Positions 49,175 through 58,917 of a stretch of DNA of 60,782 nucleotides are shown here, piece by piece (the first letter of the stretch is position 1; every line of letters begins with the position of its first letter). The translations under genes and the position numbers were made by a program. The notes under the pieces are model-generated. The model was not told the origin of the DNA. It did no database searches and saw only the letters and a program-made list of their open reading frames with translations. Source of the stretch: Bacilli bacterium (GTDB lineage: Bacteria; Bacillota_I; Bacilli_A; RF39; UBA660); the NCBI GenBank assembly GCA_038321575.1, contig JBBQFD010000002.1, positions 1-60,782 of the forward strand. The letters are read 5' to 3'.

Positions 49175-49582
49175 CTATTTAAAAGTTTTAATATATTCAA
49201 TTATATGTGGCATAAAAATCATAATCCCGGTTACAAAAGCAACTACGGCATAGGCAAATACAGCAGCTGAGGCTGTATCTTTAGCTACTTTAGCAAGAGG
49301 ATGTTTAACAGGGCAAGCTAGATCAACAACAGCTTCAATTGAAGTATTAAGTAATTCTGTTGCGATAATAACCCCCACCATAAATAAACATAAGATCCAT
49401 TCGATATAACTAATCTTAAAGAATATCCCAGCAGCAATAACGGCTGCTGTTATAAATAAATGTATTGTCATACTTTGTTCGTATTTAAAGGCATATCTAA
49501 TTCCTTCAAAAGAGTAAATAAAACTATTTAAAAAGCGTTTAAACCCATGTTGTTTTTGCTTATCGCGTGATTCCATATCCAT
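49175..49582 (-). CDS. dgkA: Diacylglycerol/undecaprenol kinase (DgkA family)
   Basis: 135 aa, 3 TM helices, ..FEGIRYAFKYEQS... Confidence 0.85.
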   Translation of the reverse strand: MDMESRDKQKQHGFKRFLNSFIYSFEGIRYAFKYEQSMTIHLFITAAVIAAGIFFKISYIEWILCLFMVGVIIATELLNTSIEAVVDLACPVKHPLAKVAKDTASAAVFAYAVVAFVTGIMIFMPHIIEYIKTFK

Positions 49583-50006
49583 TTAATATATCCTCCTGTT
49601 TCTTAAACATTATTACCTCATCATCTTTTTTGAGATGATCATAACTTAATAAATGTAATAAACCGTGAATAGTTAAAAACGATAATTCTCTTAAAAAACT
49701 ATGTTGATATTCTAAAGCTTGTTCTTTAGCTTTGTCTACGGAGATATAAATATCACCTAAAAGACGTATATCAAGATATTCAATATCTTTAAAGTCTTCT
49801 AAAGCAAATGAAATGACATCAGTTACTTTATCAAGATTACGATATTGTTTATTTAATTCTTGTATTTTAGCGTTATCAACAATAATAACATTAAATTCAC
49901 AATTATCTAGATTTTCATGCTTTAAAGCATAATCAAGTAATTTCTTTATTTCATCTAATTCTGGTAACTTAAGGGTTGTTTCATTAAATACCCCTACTCG
50001 GTTCAT
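49560..50006 (-). CDS. ybeY: Endoribonuclease YbeY
   Basis: ATG at 50006, 6 nt after GGAGGG. Contains the HGLLHLLSYDH zinc motif. Confidence 0.9.
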   Translation of the reverse strand: MNRVGVFNETTLKLPELDEIKKLLDYALKHENLDNCEFNVIIVDNAKIQELNKQYRNLDKVTDVISFALEDFKDIEYLDIRLLGDIYISVDKAKEQALEYQHSFLRELSFLTIHGLLHLLSYDHLKKDDEVIMFKKQEDILNGYGITR

Positions 50007-50007
50007 A

Positions 50008-50610
50008 TTAAACCCTCCAAACAAGAAGTATAAATGCCATTGCGGCTAAAAATACTACCATTAGTATATTATAAAAGATGGGATTTTTCAACACATTAGG
50101 GAGATGTTTAGCAATCCTTTTTAAGAGATGATATAGAAAATAACCAATCAATCCACCAATAACATTTAAGATAATATCATCGATATCAAAAACACGACCG
50201 ATTACTAGTTGGGTACACTCAATGGTAATTGAGGCAATGGTTATTAAAATAAAAGCTATATATGATTTCTTTAAGTCTAAAAAGTATGATACAAAAAATC
50301 CATAAGGCATAAATAATAACATGTTACCAAAGAAGTTACGAAGAAACATTGGACTACCAATTTTAAATCTAAACATTTCAGCAAACGGAGTAAAGTTGGA
50401 ACTTGACCAACTAACATCTTGAAAAGTTACAACATAAAACAAACATAATATATAAATTATAAAACCAAGAACAATAACATCTTGATAAAAAACAAATTTT
50501 TCTTTTTTAGTTAAAATCGAAGTAATGCGAATTGATACAATAATAGTTATAAAGATTAATAGCATGGGCCAAACATTAGCAATGATGTTTAAGATCGTTT
50601 CTCTTAGCAT
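50008..50610 (-). CDS. VanZ-like membrane protein
   Basis: 200 aa polytopic protein with ..DIDDIILNVIGGLIGY.., typical of the VanZ family. Confidence 0.7.
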   Translation of the reverse strand: MLRETILNIIANVWPMLLIFITIIVSIRITSILTKKEKFVFYQDVIVLGFIIYILCLFYVVTFQDVSWSSSNFTPFAEMFRFKIGSPMFLRNFFGNMLLFMPYGFFVSYFLDLKKSYIAFILITIASITIECTQLVIGRVFDIDDIILNVIGGLIGYFLYHLLKRIAKHLPNVLKNPIFYNILMVVFLAAMAFILLVWRV

Positions 50611-50640
50611 AGCTCCTCCTATTTATCTAATATAATATAT

Positions 50641-50669
50641 ATTTTACTCTCTTTTAGTTATCTTTTCAA
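50641..50669 (-). promoter_or_regulatory. Putative promoter of the vanZ-ybeY-dgkA-cdd-era operon
   Basis: Minus-strand TTGAAA (50664..50669), 17-nt spacer, TAAAAT (50641..50646). Confidence 0.45.
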
Positions 50670-50781
50670 TTCAATAAAAACGGATGAGGACAGTCACTTG
50701 ATTATAACTATACACTAATTAGACAATTATCTATTTATAATATATCACAGATTGTTTTTATTTCCTTTAAAAATAAAATTA

Positions 50782-50790
50782 TGTTATAAT
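50782..50790 (+). promoter_or_regulatory. Extended -10 element (TGtTATAAT) upstream of murT
   Basis: tgttataat lies 16 nt upstream of the ATG region and is followed by an AGGTGA RBS. Confidence 0.5.
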
Positions 50791-50806
50791 TTCTACAGGT
50801 GATAAA

Positions 50807-52135
50807 ATGAAAAAAGTAATAGCACTTACACTTGGTAAAATATTATATTTTTTTGGTAATCTGATTGGTCGTGGATCAGTTCTGCCTGGTCATATTGCTT
50901 TAAAAATAGATAATGATTTAACAAAAGAATTAGTATTACCGCAAACGATAATTGCCGTAACTGGCAGTTCTGGTAAAGGTAGTATTTCATTAATGTTAGC
51001 TAAATTATTTAAAGCTCAAGGTTATAAGGTTGTTCATAATGAAAAAGGCTCTAATTTAAAAGATGGGATTATGAGTACTTTAATTCATAGTAGTAATCTT
51101 TTAGGTAAGATTAAAAAAGATGTCTTAATCTTTGAGATTGATGAACGTTACGCTAAATATGTTTTCCCTGATATTAAACCTAATTATGTGGTTATATCTA
51201 ATATTACAAGAGATCAACCACCCCGTAATGGACATTTTGATCTTGTTATCACGGAAATTAAAAAAGCCCTAACAACTGATATGCATTTAATAATAAATGC
51301 TGATGATCCGTTATTACAAGTATTTGTAACTAAAGATCAAATGGTTACCTACTACGGACTTGATCATAATAAGAATAGTTATAAGACTAGTTTATTTGAA
51401 AATCTAAATCTTGTTTATTGCCCTGTATGTGAAGAAAAACTAGAATATAATTATTATCATTTTGAAAACATTGGTGATTATTACTGCCATAAATGTGACT
51501 TTAAACGTAAGTTACCAAGTTATAGTATTACAAACTTGGATTATGATAAAAGTTCGATGACGATTAATAATAAATATAAAATTCATATTCCACAAGATAT
51601 CTTATATTGTGTCTATAACACGACAGCGGCTTTTACAACCGGAGCTTTAGTTGGTTTAGATAAAACTAAGATGGGGATTGATATATCAGAGATTAGTAAT
51701 AATACTAAGTTATATGATGCTTATTTATATGATAATCATAAAATATATACTCTTAATAATAAGAATGAGAATAGTTCGACTTTTAATCAATCATTATTAT
51801 TCTTAAATCGTTTTAAAGGTAAGAAGACAGTCATTATTGGTTGGAAAGAAATAAGTCGACGTTATAAGTTTGATGACTTATCATGGCTTTATGATATTGA
51901 TTTTGAGATTCTAAATAACCACGATGTTGATACTGTAATTTGCGTTGGTATTCATAAATATGATATTGCAGCAAGAATTAAGAATGCTGGTATTGATATT
52001 GCAAACATCAAAACATTTGATGACTTGAAAACCGCTACAACTTATCTTAAAACTAAAACTAAAGGTGATATTTTTGCAATCTTAAATTTTGATTATGTAG
52101 AACCATTTAACACTTTAATGAAGGGTGGTAAATAA
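50807..52135 (+). CDS. murT: Lipid II isoglutaminyl synthase, Mur-ligase-like subunit
   Basis: 442 aa with the ..VTGSSGKGS.. Mur ligase P-loop, a Cys4 insert (CPVC..CHKC) and a C-terminal DUF1727-like region. Paired with gatD. Confidence 0.85.
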   Translation: MKKVIALTLGKILYFFGNLIGRGSVLPGHIALKIDNDLTKELVLPQTIIAVTGSSGKGSISLMLAKLFKAQGYKVVHNEKGSNLKDGIMSTLIHSSNLLGKIKKDVLIFEIDERYAKYVFPDIKPNYVVISNITRDQPPRNGHFDLVITEIKKALTTDMHLIINADDPLLQVFVTKDQMVTYYGLDHNKNSYKTSLFENLNLVYCPVCEEKLEYNYYHFENIGDYYCHKCDFKRKLPSYSITNLDYDKSSMTINNKYKIHIPQDILYCVYNTTAAFTTGALVGLDKTKMGIDISEISNNTKLYDAYLYDNHKIYTLNNKNENSSTFNQSLLFLNRFKGKKTVIIGWKEISRRYKFDDLSWLYDIDFEILNNHDVDTVICVGIHKYDIAARIKNAGIDIANIKTFDDLKTATTYLKTKTKGDIFAILNFDYVEPFNTLMKGGK

Positions 52136-52136
52136 A

Positions 52137-52865
52137 ATGATGGTAATTGCACATTTATACTATGACTTATTAAATCTTTATGGTGAAAATGGTAATGTTA
52201 AGATCTTAAAAAAACAACTTCAAGATCAAGGTTTAGAAGTTGTGGTAAAGAAATTATCAATTAATGATCAATTAGATTTTGCGAGTTATGATTTTGTTTA
52301 TATTGGTGCTGGCACTGAATATAATCAAAAATTAGCTTTAAATCATTTATTAAATTATAAGCAAGATATTAAAGTCGCAATTGATAAAAATAAATTCTTT
52401 TTAGTAACCGGTAACGCAGTTGAGTTGTTTGGTAAACACATTATTGATTTAATGAAGCATCATCATCCAGCTTTAAATATATTTGATTATACGGCAAAAG
52501 AAGAAAACTTTAGAATTGCTGATGAGGTATTATTTGCATCACCCTTTATAACTGAACCAATACTTGGTTTTCAAAATCAAAATAGTACCATTAGAGATAA
52601 TAATAAATATATCTTTAATATCTTAAGAGGTACCGGTAGTTATCCTGGTAGTAAGGGTGAAGGCATTCATTACAATAACTTCTATGGCACATATGTGATT
52701 GGCCCAATTTTAGTTAGAAATCCCGAGTTCTTGAAATATTTAATAAAAGAATTAGTTTATTCTAAAAATAAAGATTTTAAATTCAAGAAATTTAATCTAA
52801 CAATTGAGGAATCAGCATATAAATGCTTTATTATGAATAATTATGAAGACACAAAAAAAGCCTAA
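52137..52865 (+). CDS. gatD: Lipid II isoglutaminyl synthase, glutamine amidotransferase subunit
   Basis: ATG at 52137, 8 nt after AAGGGTGG. ..HLYYDLLNLYGENGN.. is typical of CobQ-type GatD. The catalytic-Cys position looks atypical (..LVTGNAVELFG..). Confidence 0.75.
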   Translation: MMVIAHLYYDLLNLYGENGNVKILKKQLQDQGLEVVVKKLSINDQLDFASYDFVYIGAGTEYNQKLALNHLLNYKQDIKVAIDKNKFFLVTGNAVELFGKHIIDLMKHHHPALNIFDYTAKEENFRIADEVLFASPFITEPILGFQNQNSTIRDNNKYIFNILRGTGSYPGSKGEGIHYNNFYGTYVIGPILVRNPEFLKYLIKELVYSKNKDFKFKKFNLTIEESAYKCFIMNNYEDTKKA

Positions 52866-52876
52866 TGGCTTTTTTA
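52853..52876. terminator. Bidirectional terminator between gatD and pheT
   Basis: aaaaaagcc-taat-ggctttttt. The gatD stop lies in the loop. Confidence 0.7.
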
Positions 52877-55255
52877 TTTGGTTCTTAATTTAGCAGAAAT
52901 AGTAGTTTCAACTTCACTTACTATTTTAGTAATAATATTATTTACTTCTTCATCACTTAAAGTCTTAGTTGGATCTTCAAAGGTTAATGAATAAGCAATT
53001 GATTTTTCATTAGATAAAACATTTTCACCAACATATAAATCAAAGACATCAAGATTAGTAAGTAATCTACCACCTACTTTAGTAATAATATTCATTATTT
53101 CTAAAGCAGTGACTTTTCGATCAACGACAAACGCTAAATCTTTATTAATAGCCGGATATTTAGATAATTCTTTAAACTTGATTTCTCTTACTTTAAAAGT
53201 AAGTAGTTTATCAAGATTTATTTCAAAAACATAGATTTCTTTTTTAGACATAGTTGGATGGATTTGACCCACATAGCCAACAATCTCTTTATCAATCATA
53301 ATAGAAGCACTACGATTAGGATGATAATCAGTTGGTATATTATCAGTTGTAAAACTATAACGATTATTTAATCCTAAATAACGGATGATTGTTTCAACTA
53401 CACCTTTAACTAAGTAAAAATCTGCTTTAATAGTTTTCCCTTGCCATTCATTAACGATATAATTATCAGATAATAAACCAGCAAGCATCATATCTTCCTT
53501 ATACTCAGTATCTTTATAATAACTAGCTCCTATTTCAAAGATATTTACATCTTTAATATTACGAGCATTATTATATTCCCATACCCCAAGTAATCCATTT
53601 AATAAGCTTTGACGCATATATTTACGATCTTCATTCATAGGATTTAAGACCATTACTTCATTATGTTTAACAGGTACAAACTTATTAATATCACTAGCTG
53701 ATACTAATGAGTAAGTAATAACTTGGTTTAAACCTAAAGCACTTAATTCATTCCTAAGCTCTTTAACTATTGTGGCACGATTGGAGTAAGTACCACTTTT
53801 AATATTAGTCTTTGGCATTAAACCTAAAACATTATCATAACTATAAATACGGCCTACCTCTTCAATAAGGTCTTCTTTAATACTTATATCAGTTCTTCTT
53901 GTTGGTACTAATACATCTAATTCCGGTCCACTTACTACAGTGAAACCAAGACGATTAAATATACCAACAACTTCTTCTTGAATTAAATTCATCCCTAGCA
54001 CATTATTTATTTTAGCAAGGGTGATCTTAATATGTTTTGGTTCTTTAATAACTTTATCATGGGTTAAAACACCACTTAAAACTTCACCACTAGCATATTT
54101 ATTTAATAAATAGCAAGCACGGTTAAGTGCCATTAAGGTGCGGTTAGGATCGACGCCTTTTTCAAAACGATTACTTGCTTCACTACGCAAGATATTTTTT
54201 GAAGTTGTTCTAATATTTAGAGGATTGAAAATAGCTGATTCAATAAAGATATCTTTAGTATCTTTAGTTACTTCTGTATTTAATCCACCCATAACGCCCG
54301 CTAAGGCAACGATTTCAGTATCACTTGCAATAACAATATCATTTATATTAAGAACTCTTTTAGCACCATCTAAAGTTGTCATGGTCTCATTATCTTTAGC
54401 CATTCTAACAACCACTTTATTACCTAATTTAGCACTATCAAAGAAGTGTAATGGTTGACCAAATTCTAACATAACATAATTACTGATATCAACAACATTA
54501 TTAATTGGTCTAATACCACTAGCAATTAATCTTGTTTTAATAAAATAAGGACTTTCTTGAATAATGACATTACGAACTAATTTACCTAAATAAATCGGAC
54601 AGTTTTCCGTTTGCAAATCAATTTTATATAAGGTATTAATATCAGGTGCTATTTCATTTACTTTAAATTCAGGTAGGGTTACTTTTTTATTATAGATAGC
54701 CCCTACTTCATAAGCCATACCTAAAACACTTAATAAATCAGCACGATTTGACGTTAATTCAAAATCAATTACTTCATCATTAAAACCTAAATACAAAATA
54801 GCATCAGTGCCAATTGGGGCATCTTTAGCTAGAACATGAATACCATCTTTATCTTCTTCACTTAAATACTTAGGCTCAATCCCAAGTTCAAGTAATGAAC
54901 AAATCATACCCTCAGAGTCCATACCGGCTAATTTAGCAGCTTTTATTTCAACACCATTTGGTAATTTAGCGCCAATGGTTGCAACAACTACTTTTTGATC
55001 AGCAGCAATATTAGCGGCTCCACAAATAATTTGTTTAGTACTACTACCTAGATCAACTTTACAAACACTTAATTTAGTTGATTCGGGATGTTTAACACAT
55101 TCTAAAACGTGACCTACTACTAAACCAGTAGCACTACTTATTTTAGTAATACTTTCATATTCATTACCAGCTTGCACCATTTTTTTAGCTAAATCATTAT
55201 AATCAATATCTTTAACATCAATATAATTATTAAGGAAACTCTTACTTAAACGCAT
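52874..55255 (-). CDS. pheT: Phenylalanine--tRNA ligase beta subunit
   Basis: 793 aa, full-length PheT with tRNA-binding, B3/4, B5 and FDX-ACB parts. Confidence 0.97.
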   Translation of the reverse strand: MRLSKSFLNNYIDVKDIDYNDLAKKMVQAGNEYESITKISSATGLVVGHVLECVKHPESTKLSVCKVDLGSSTKQIICGAANIAADQKVVVATIGAKLPNGVEIKAAKLAGMDSEGMICSLLELGIEPKYLSEEDKDGIHVLAKDAPIGTDAILYLGFNDEVIDFELTSNRADLLSVLGMAYEVGAIYNKKVTLPEFKVNEIAPDINTLYKIDLQTENCPIYLGKLVRNVIIQESPYFIKTRLIASGIRPINNVVDISNYVMLEFGQPLHFFDSAKLGNKVVVRMAKDNETMTTLDGAKRVLNINDIVIASDTEIVALAGVMGGLNTEVTKDTKDIFIESAIFNPLNIRTTSKNILRSEASNRFEKGVDPNRTLMALNRACYLLNKYASGEVLSGVLTHDKVIKEPKHIKITLAKINNVLGMNLIQEEVVGIFNRLGFTVVSGPELDVLVPTRRTDISIKEDLIEEVGRIYSYDNVLGLMPKTNIKSGTYSNRATIVKELRNELSALGLNQVITYSLVSASDINKFVPVKHNEVMVLNPMNEDRKYMRQSLLNGLLGVWEYNNARNIKDVNIFEIGASYYKDTEYKEDMMLAGLLSDNYIVNEWQGKTIKADFYLVKGVVETIIRYLGLNNRYSFTTDNIPTDYHPNRSASIMIDKEIVGYVGQIHPTMSKKEIYVFEINLDKLLTFKVREIKFKELSKYPAINKDLAFVVDRKVTALEIMNIITKVGGRLLTNLDVFDLYVGENVLSNEKSIAYSLTFEDPTKTLSDEEVNNIITKIVSEVETTISAKLRTK

Positions 55256-56304
55256 TATTCATCACCTCCGTTAGTACGGTTGAAATCATTTAAGAATCTT
55301 TGATCATTAGTATAGAAATGGCGAATATCATTTATTCCATATTTTAACATCGCAATACGTTCAGCACCCATACCAAAAGCAAAGCCAGTATATTTATTTG
55401 AATCATAACCACTAGCTTCTAAGACATTAGGATGAACCATGCCAGCACCTAATATTTCAATCCAACCAGTATTTTTACATAGTGGACATCCTTTACCGCC
55501 ACATTTAAAACATGAAACATCAACTTCAATACTTGGTTCAGTAAATGGGAAAAAACTAGGTCGAAAACGAATATTACGATCTTTACCAAATAACTTTTTC
55601 GCAAATACTTCTAAAGTCCCTTTAAGATGAGCCATTGAAATGTTTTCATCAATAACTAATCCTTCAATTTGATGAAACTCATGAGAATGAGTAGCATCAT
55701 CATTATCACGACGATATACTTTGCCTGGACAAATAATTCTAATTGGTCCTTTTAAAGTGTTAGCTTCCATAGTTCTTGCTTGAACAGGTGAAGTTTGAGT
55801 TCTAAGTAATACTTCATCAGTTATATAAAAACTATCTTGATTATCACGAGCGGGATGGCCTTTAGGTAGATTTAATTTTTCAAAATTAAATAAATCTAAC
55901 TCTATTTCTGGTCCTTCAACGACATCATAACCCATTGAAATAAATAATTCCTCTACTTCATCGATTATTTTAGTTATTGGATGAATAGCGCCAACTTTTA
56001 ATTTAGTGCTAGGTAATGTTATATCAATAGTATCACTCACTAATTTAGCAGTTAACTCGCTACTTTCTAATTTAGTTTTAACACCATCAATTAATGTATT
56101 TACTTCGTTTTTTAAATTATTAAGTAGATTACCTAATTCTTTTTTTTCTTCAATACTTAAAGTCCCAATAGTATTACTTAATTCTTGAATAGGTCCTTTT
56201 TTGCCTAAATATAAAACACGTAAATCATTCAATTCACTGGTTGTCATTACTTTTTCTAATTTAGCTGTTAATTCATCTTTTATTGACAAGATTTGTTCTT
56301 TCAT
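55255..56304 (-). CDS. pheS: Phenylalanine--tRNA ligase alpha subunit
   Basis: 349 aa with class II motifs (..[12 protein letters not shown].., ..[13 protein letters not shown]..). Overlaps pheT by 1 nt. Confidence 0.97.
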   Translation of the reverse strand: MKEQILSIKDELTAKLEKVMTTSELNDLRVLYLGKKGPIQELSNTIGTLSIEEKKELGNLLNNLKNEVNTLIDGVKTKLESSELTAKLVSDTIDITLPSTKLKVGAIHPITKIIDEVEELFISMGYDVVEGPEIELDLFNFEKLNLPKGHPARDNQDSFYITDEVLLRTQTSPVQARTMEANTLKGPIRIICPGKVYRRDNDDATHSHEFHQIEGLVIDENISMAHLKGTLEVFAKKLFGKDRNIRFRPSFFPFTEPSIEVDVSCFKCGGKGCPLCKNTGWIEILGAGMVHPNVLEASGYDSNKYTGFAFGMGAERIAMLKYGINDIRHFYTNDQRFLNDFNRTNGGDE

Positions 56305-56309
56305 AAACC

Positions 56310-56529
56310 CTCCTTATATGAAAAAACCACATCCGATAAGGACGTGATTACGTGGTACCACCTTAATTAAAACTTAATTGACTAAAACACGTCACTGTTA
56401 TATTTTTAATATACGACTCGGAAGATGAATTCATAAAATTATTATTATTAGTTTTCATCAACCACTAACTTTCTTAAAATAATTATTTTATTACTATTTC
56501 TTCGTCTAAGTCTTTAAATATCTAGTTAA
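56310..56529 (-). promoter_or_regulatory. T-box riboswitch (Phe) controlling pheST
   Basis: The minus strand contains AAGGUGGUACCACG (56351..56364). Terminator CACGUCC-UUAUC-GGAUGUG plus U6 (56321..56347). UUC codons lie in ..AUGAAUUCAUCUUCCGAG... A TGtTATAAT -10 sits at 56530..56538. Confidence 0.8.
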
Positions 56530-56541
56530 ATTATAACATAC

Positions 56542-56910
56542 TTATGGACAAGTATCAACCAATGTATAGGTTATATCACTATTGGTAACAATTACTACTT
56601 TAACAAATTTAGTTAAAGCATATGAAGTACCAGTACTAGCATCAGTTATCGGATCTTCTAATTGATTATCATCAACTAATTGTTGTAAAGTTATGCAATA
56701 AGTAGTACTAGGATTAATCGGAAATTGGTTTTGATGATAATCCATATACATCTCTGTTGCGCTAGTTAATATTTTCATAGTAGCATCACTTATTTTATTA
56801 CGCGATTTTTTGATTTGATTGATAATTGGCGGGAACGCTAAAATAGCTAAAATGCTAATAATAACTACTACCCCTAATAATTCAGCTAAGGTAAATCCTT
56901 TTTTATTCAT
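56542..56910 (-). CDS. Minor pilin/pseudopilin
   Basis: MNKKG|FTLAELLGVVVIISILAILAF class III signal. Two Cys residues (C..C-terminal TCP) and a ..ITLQQLVDDNQLEDP.. motif. The track ORF begins 2 codons earlier, at 56916. Confidence 0.8.
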   Translation of the reverse strand: MNKKGFTLAELLGVVVIISILAILAFPPIINQIKKSRNKISDATMKILTSATEMYMDYHQNQFPINPSTTYCITLQQLVDDNQLEDPITDASTGTSYALTKFVKVVIVTNSDITYTLVDTCP

Positions 56911-56962
56911 AATCATCCTACCCTTATAATGTAATTATATATGTTTTAACAAAAAAAAACAA

Positions 56963-57154
56963 CTATTTAGTTGCTTCTTCAGTTTGTTTAATAACTTCTT
57001 TACCTTTATAAGTTCCACAAGCTAAACATACACGGTGTGGTCTTACATCAGCACCACACTTTGGACATTTTGTTGTTCCATTTTCGGTAATCTTATAATG
57101 CGTACGACGCATTGCTTTTCTAGTCTTACTTGTTTTTCTAAATGGTACAGCCAT
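56963..57154 (-). CDS. rpmF: 50S ribosomal protein L32
   Basis: 63 aa, [13 protein letters not shown].., with a CxxC..CxxC zinc ribbon. Confidence 0.95.
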   Translation of the reverse strand: MAVPFRKTSKTRKAMRRTHYKITENGTTKCPKCGADVRPHRVCLACGTYKGKEVIKQTEEATK

Positions 57155-57169
57155 TTGAACACCTCTTTC

Positions 57170-57655
57170 TTATAATAAATCTTTTAGTTTTGCTAACTCC
57201 GGATTTATTTTTTCTTGTTCTTCCATATCGGTTATAAGTTCCCAACCTTCACCTTTTAACTTAATATTTAGGGCTTCAGGGCTTACAACTTTCATGGGAA
57301 TTTCCATTAATACATTTTCCCATACTATTGGTAAAATATCAATAGAATTCTCAACTTTCTTAGTATTTTCATTCATTTCATGAACGATTTCGTCTAATGA
57401 TCCCTCAATTGATACTTTAAAAGGATAATTAACAGGGTTTAAAGTGATGGAACATGGTAGCACCATGACACCACTTATGGTAAGTGATATGACTAATTCA
57501 TTAATACTATTTTTAGTAATATAACCTTTTATTAAAGCATCATCTAAAGAGATTATATCTGATCCCTTTAATTCATCTTCACTAAAAGAATATTTAGTGT
57601 CGATATCTAAAGTATCAATAAGATTGTTCTTTAGTTTAATTAAATCTATAATCAT
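57170..57655 (-). CDS. DUF177 (YceD/YlbN) protein
   Basis: ATG at 57655, after a GGTGGTGA RBS. Acidic protein directly upstream of rpmF, as in most bacteria. Confidence 0.8.
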   Translation of the reverse strand: MIIDLIKLKNNLIDTLDIDTKYSFSEDELKGSDIISLDDALIKGYITKNSINELVISLTISGVMVLPCSITLNPVNYPFKVSIEGSLDEIVHEMNENTKKVENSIDILPIVWENVLMEIPMKVVSPEALNIKLKGEGWELITDMEEQEKINPELAKLKDLL

Positions 57656-57741
57656 TAAATCACCACCGGCATAAACATTATACATAAGATTTTTTAGAAA
57701 AGCAATATATTTTATGTTATGATAATAACAGAGGTGATTTT

Positions 57742-58902
57742 ATGAGAGCAGTTGGTATAATATGTGAATATAATCCTTTTCATAATGGTCACTTATATCA
57801 CTTAAACAAAGTTAAAGAAATGTTCCCAAAAGACGTGATTATTTTAGTCTTAAGTGGTTCGTTTTTAGAACGTGGTGAAACTAGTATTATTAACAAATGG
57901 GATAAAACTAAAATAGCACTAGCTTATGGTATTGATTTAGTTGTTGAACTACCTTTCCCTTTTGCTAGTCAATCGGCTGATTTATTTGCCAAAGGTTCAG
58001 TAACGTTACTTGATCACTTAAAAGTTGATAACTTAGTCTTTGGTAGTGAATCAGATGATATTGAGAAGTTAAAATTACTAGCTGATATTCAACTTAACAA
58101 TAAAGATTATGATAATTTAGTAAAGAAGTTTGCGGGTGAAGGAATTAGTTATCCCACTGCTTTATCAAAAGCACTATTTACGATAACTGGTAAGCATATT
58201 GATACCCCTAATGATATATTAGGGATTAGTTATGTTAGAGAGATTATGCGCCTTAAGAGTAAGATTAAACCTATATCTATCAAGAGAACCAACAACTATC
58301 ACTCTTTAGAATTAGATAATGATATTGTTAGTGCATCAAGTATTAGGAATGCTTTAAAAAATAAACAAGAAATAGAGAAATGTGTGCCGAAGATTACATA
58401 TAAATATTTACAATCTAATTTACATTTTATTGATGATTACTTCCCATTCTTAAAATATAAGATCATTACTAATATAAATAATTTAAGTATCTATCAAACG
58501 GTTGATGAAGGGCTTGAAAATCGTATTAAAAAGTATATTATAAAATCTAATTCATTAGATGAATTAATTACACATGTTAAATCTAAAAGATATACTTATA
58601 ATAAGATTAGAAGAATGTTAACTCATATTCTTTGTAACTTTACTAAAGATGAGGCTTTAAGAATGAAGGAAATTGAATATATCCGTATTCTAGGTTTTTC
58701 TAAAGTAGGTCAGGCTTATTTAAAACAAATTAAAAAAGATATTAAAGTACCAATTTTAAATAACTATATCAAAGGTAACGAGATGCTTGATTTAGAACTA
58801 CGGACAACGGCTGTTTATGCATCAATTTTAAATGAAATAGACAAAACAGCAATGATTGAAAGTGAATATAAAAATAAACCTATTCAAAATAAAAAGGCTT
58901 AA
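57742..58902 (+). CDS. tmcAL: tRNA(Met) cytidine acetate ligase (YlbM/TmcAL family nucleotidyltransferase)
   Basis: MRAVGIICEYNPFHNGHLYHLNKVKE.. closely matches the YlbM N-terminus. Divergent from ylbN-rpmF, as in Bacillus. Confidence 0.88.
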   Translation: MRAVGIICEYNPFHNGHLYHLNKVKEMFPKDVIILVLSGSFLERGETSIINKWDKTKIALAYGIDLVVELPFPFASQSADLFAKGSVTLLDHLKVDNLVFGSESDDIEKLKLLADIQLNNKDYDNLVKKFAGEGISYPTALSKALFTITGKHIDTPNDILGISYVREIMRLKSKIKPISIKRTNNYHSLELDNDIVSASSIRNALKNKQEIEKCVPKITYKYLQSNLHFIDDYFPFLKYKIITNINNLSIYQTVDEGLENRIKKYIIKSNSLDELITHVKSKRYTYNKIRRMLTHILCNFTKDEALRMKEIEYIRILGFSKVGQAYLKQIKKDIKVPILNNYIKGNEMLDLELRTTAVYASILNEIDKTAMIESEYKNKPIQNKKA

Positions 58903-58913
58903 AGCCTTTTTTT
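58891..58913. terminator. Bidirectional terminator between tmcAL and mutM
   Basis: aaaaaggct-taa-agccttttt. The tmcAL stop forms the loop. Confidence 0.7.
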
Positions 58914-58917
58914 GTTA

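Noticed and set aside
50611-50806. Small ORF or sRNA in the 196-nt divergent vanZ/murT intergenic region
   Set aside because: The only ATG-initiated frame is 5 codons long. The region is adequately explained by two divergent promoters, and no convincing structure was seen.
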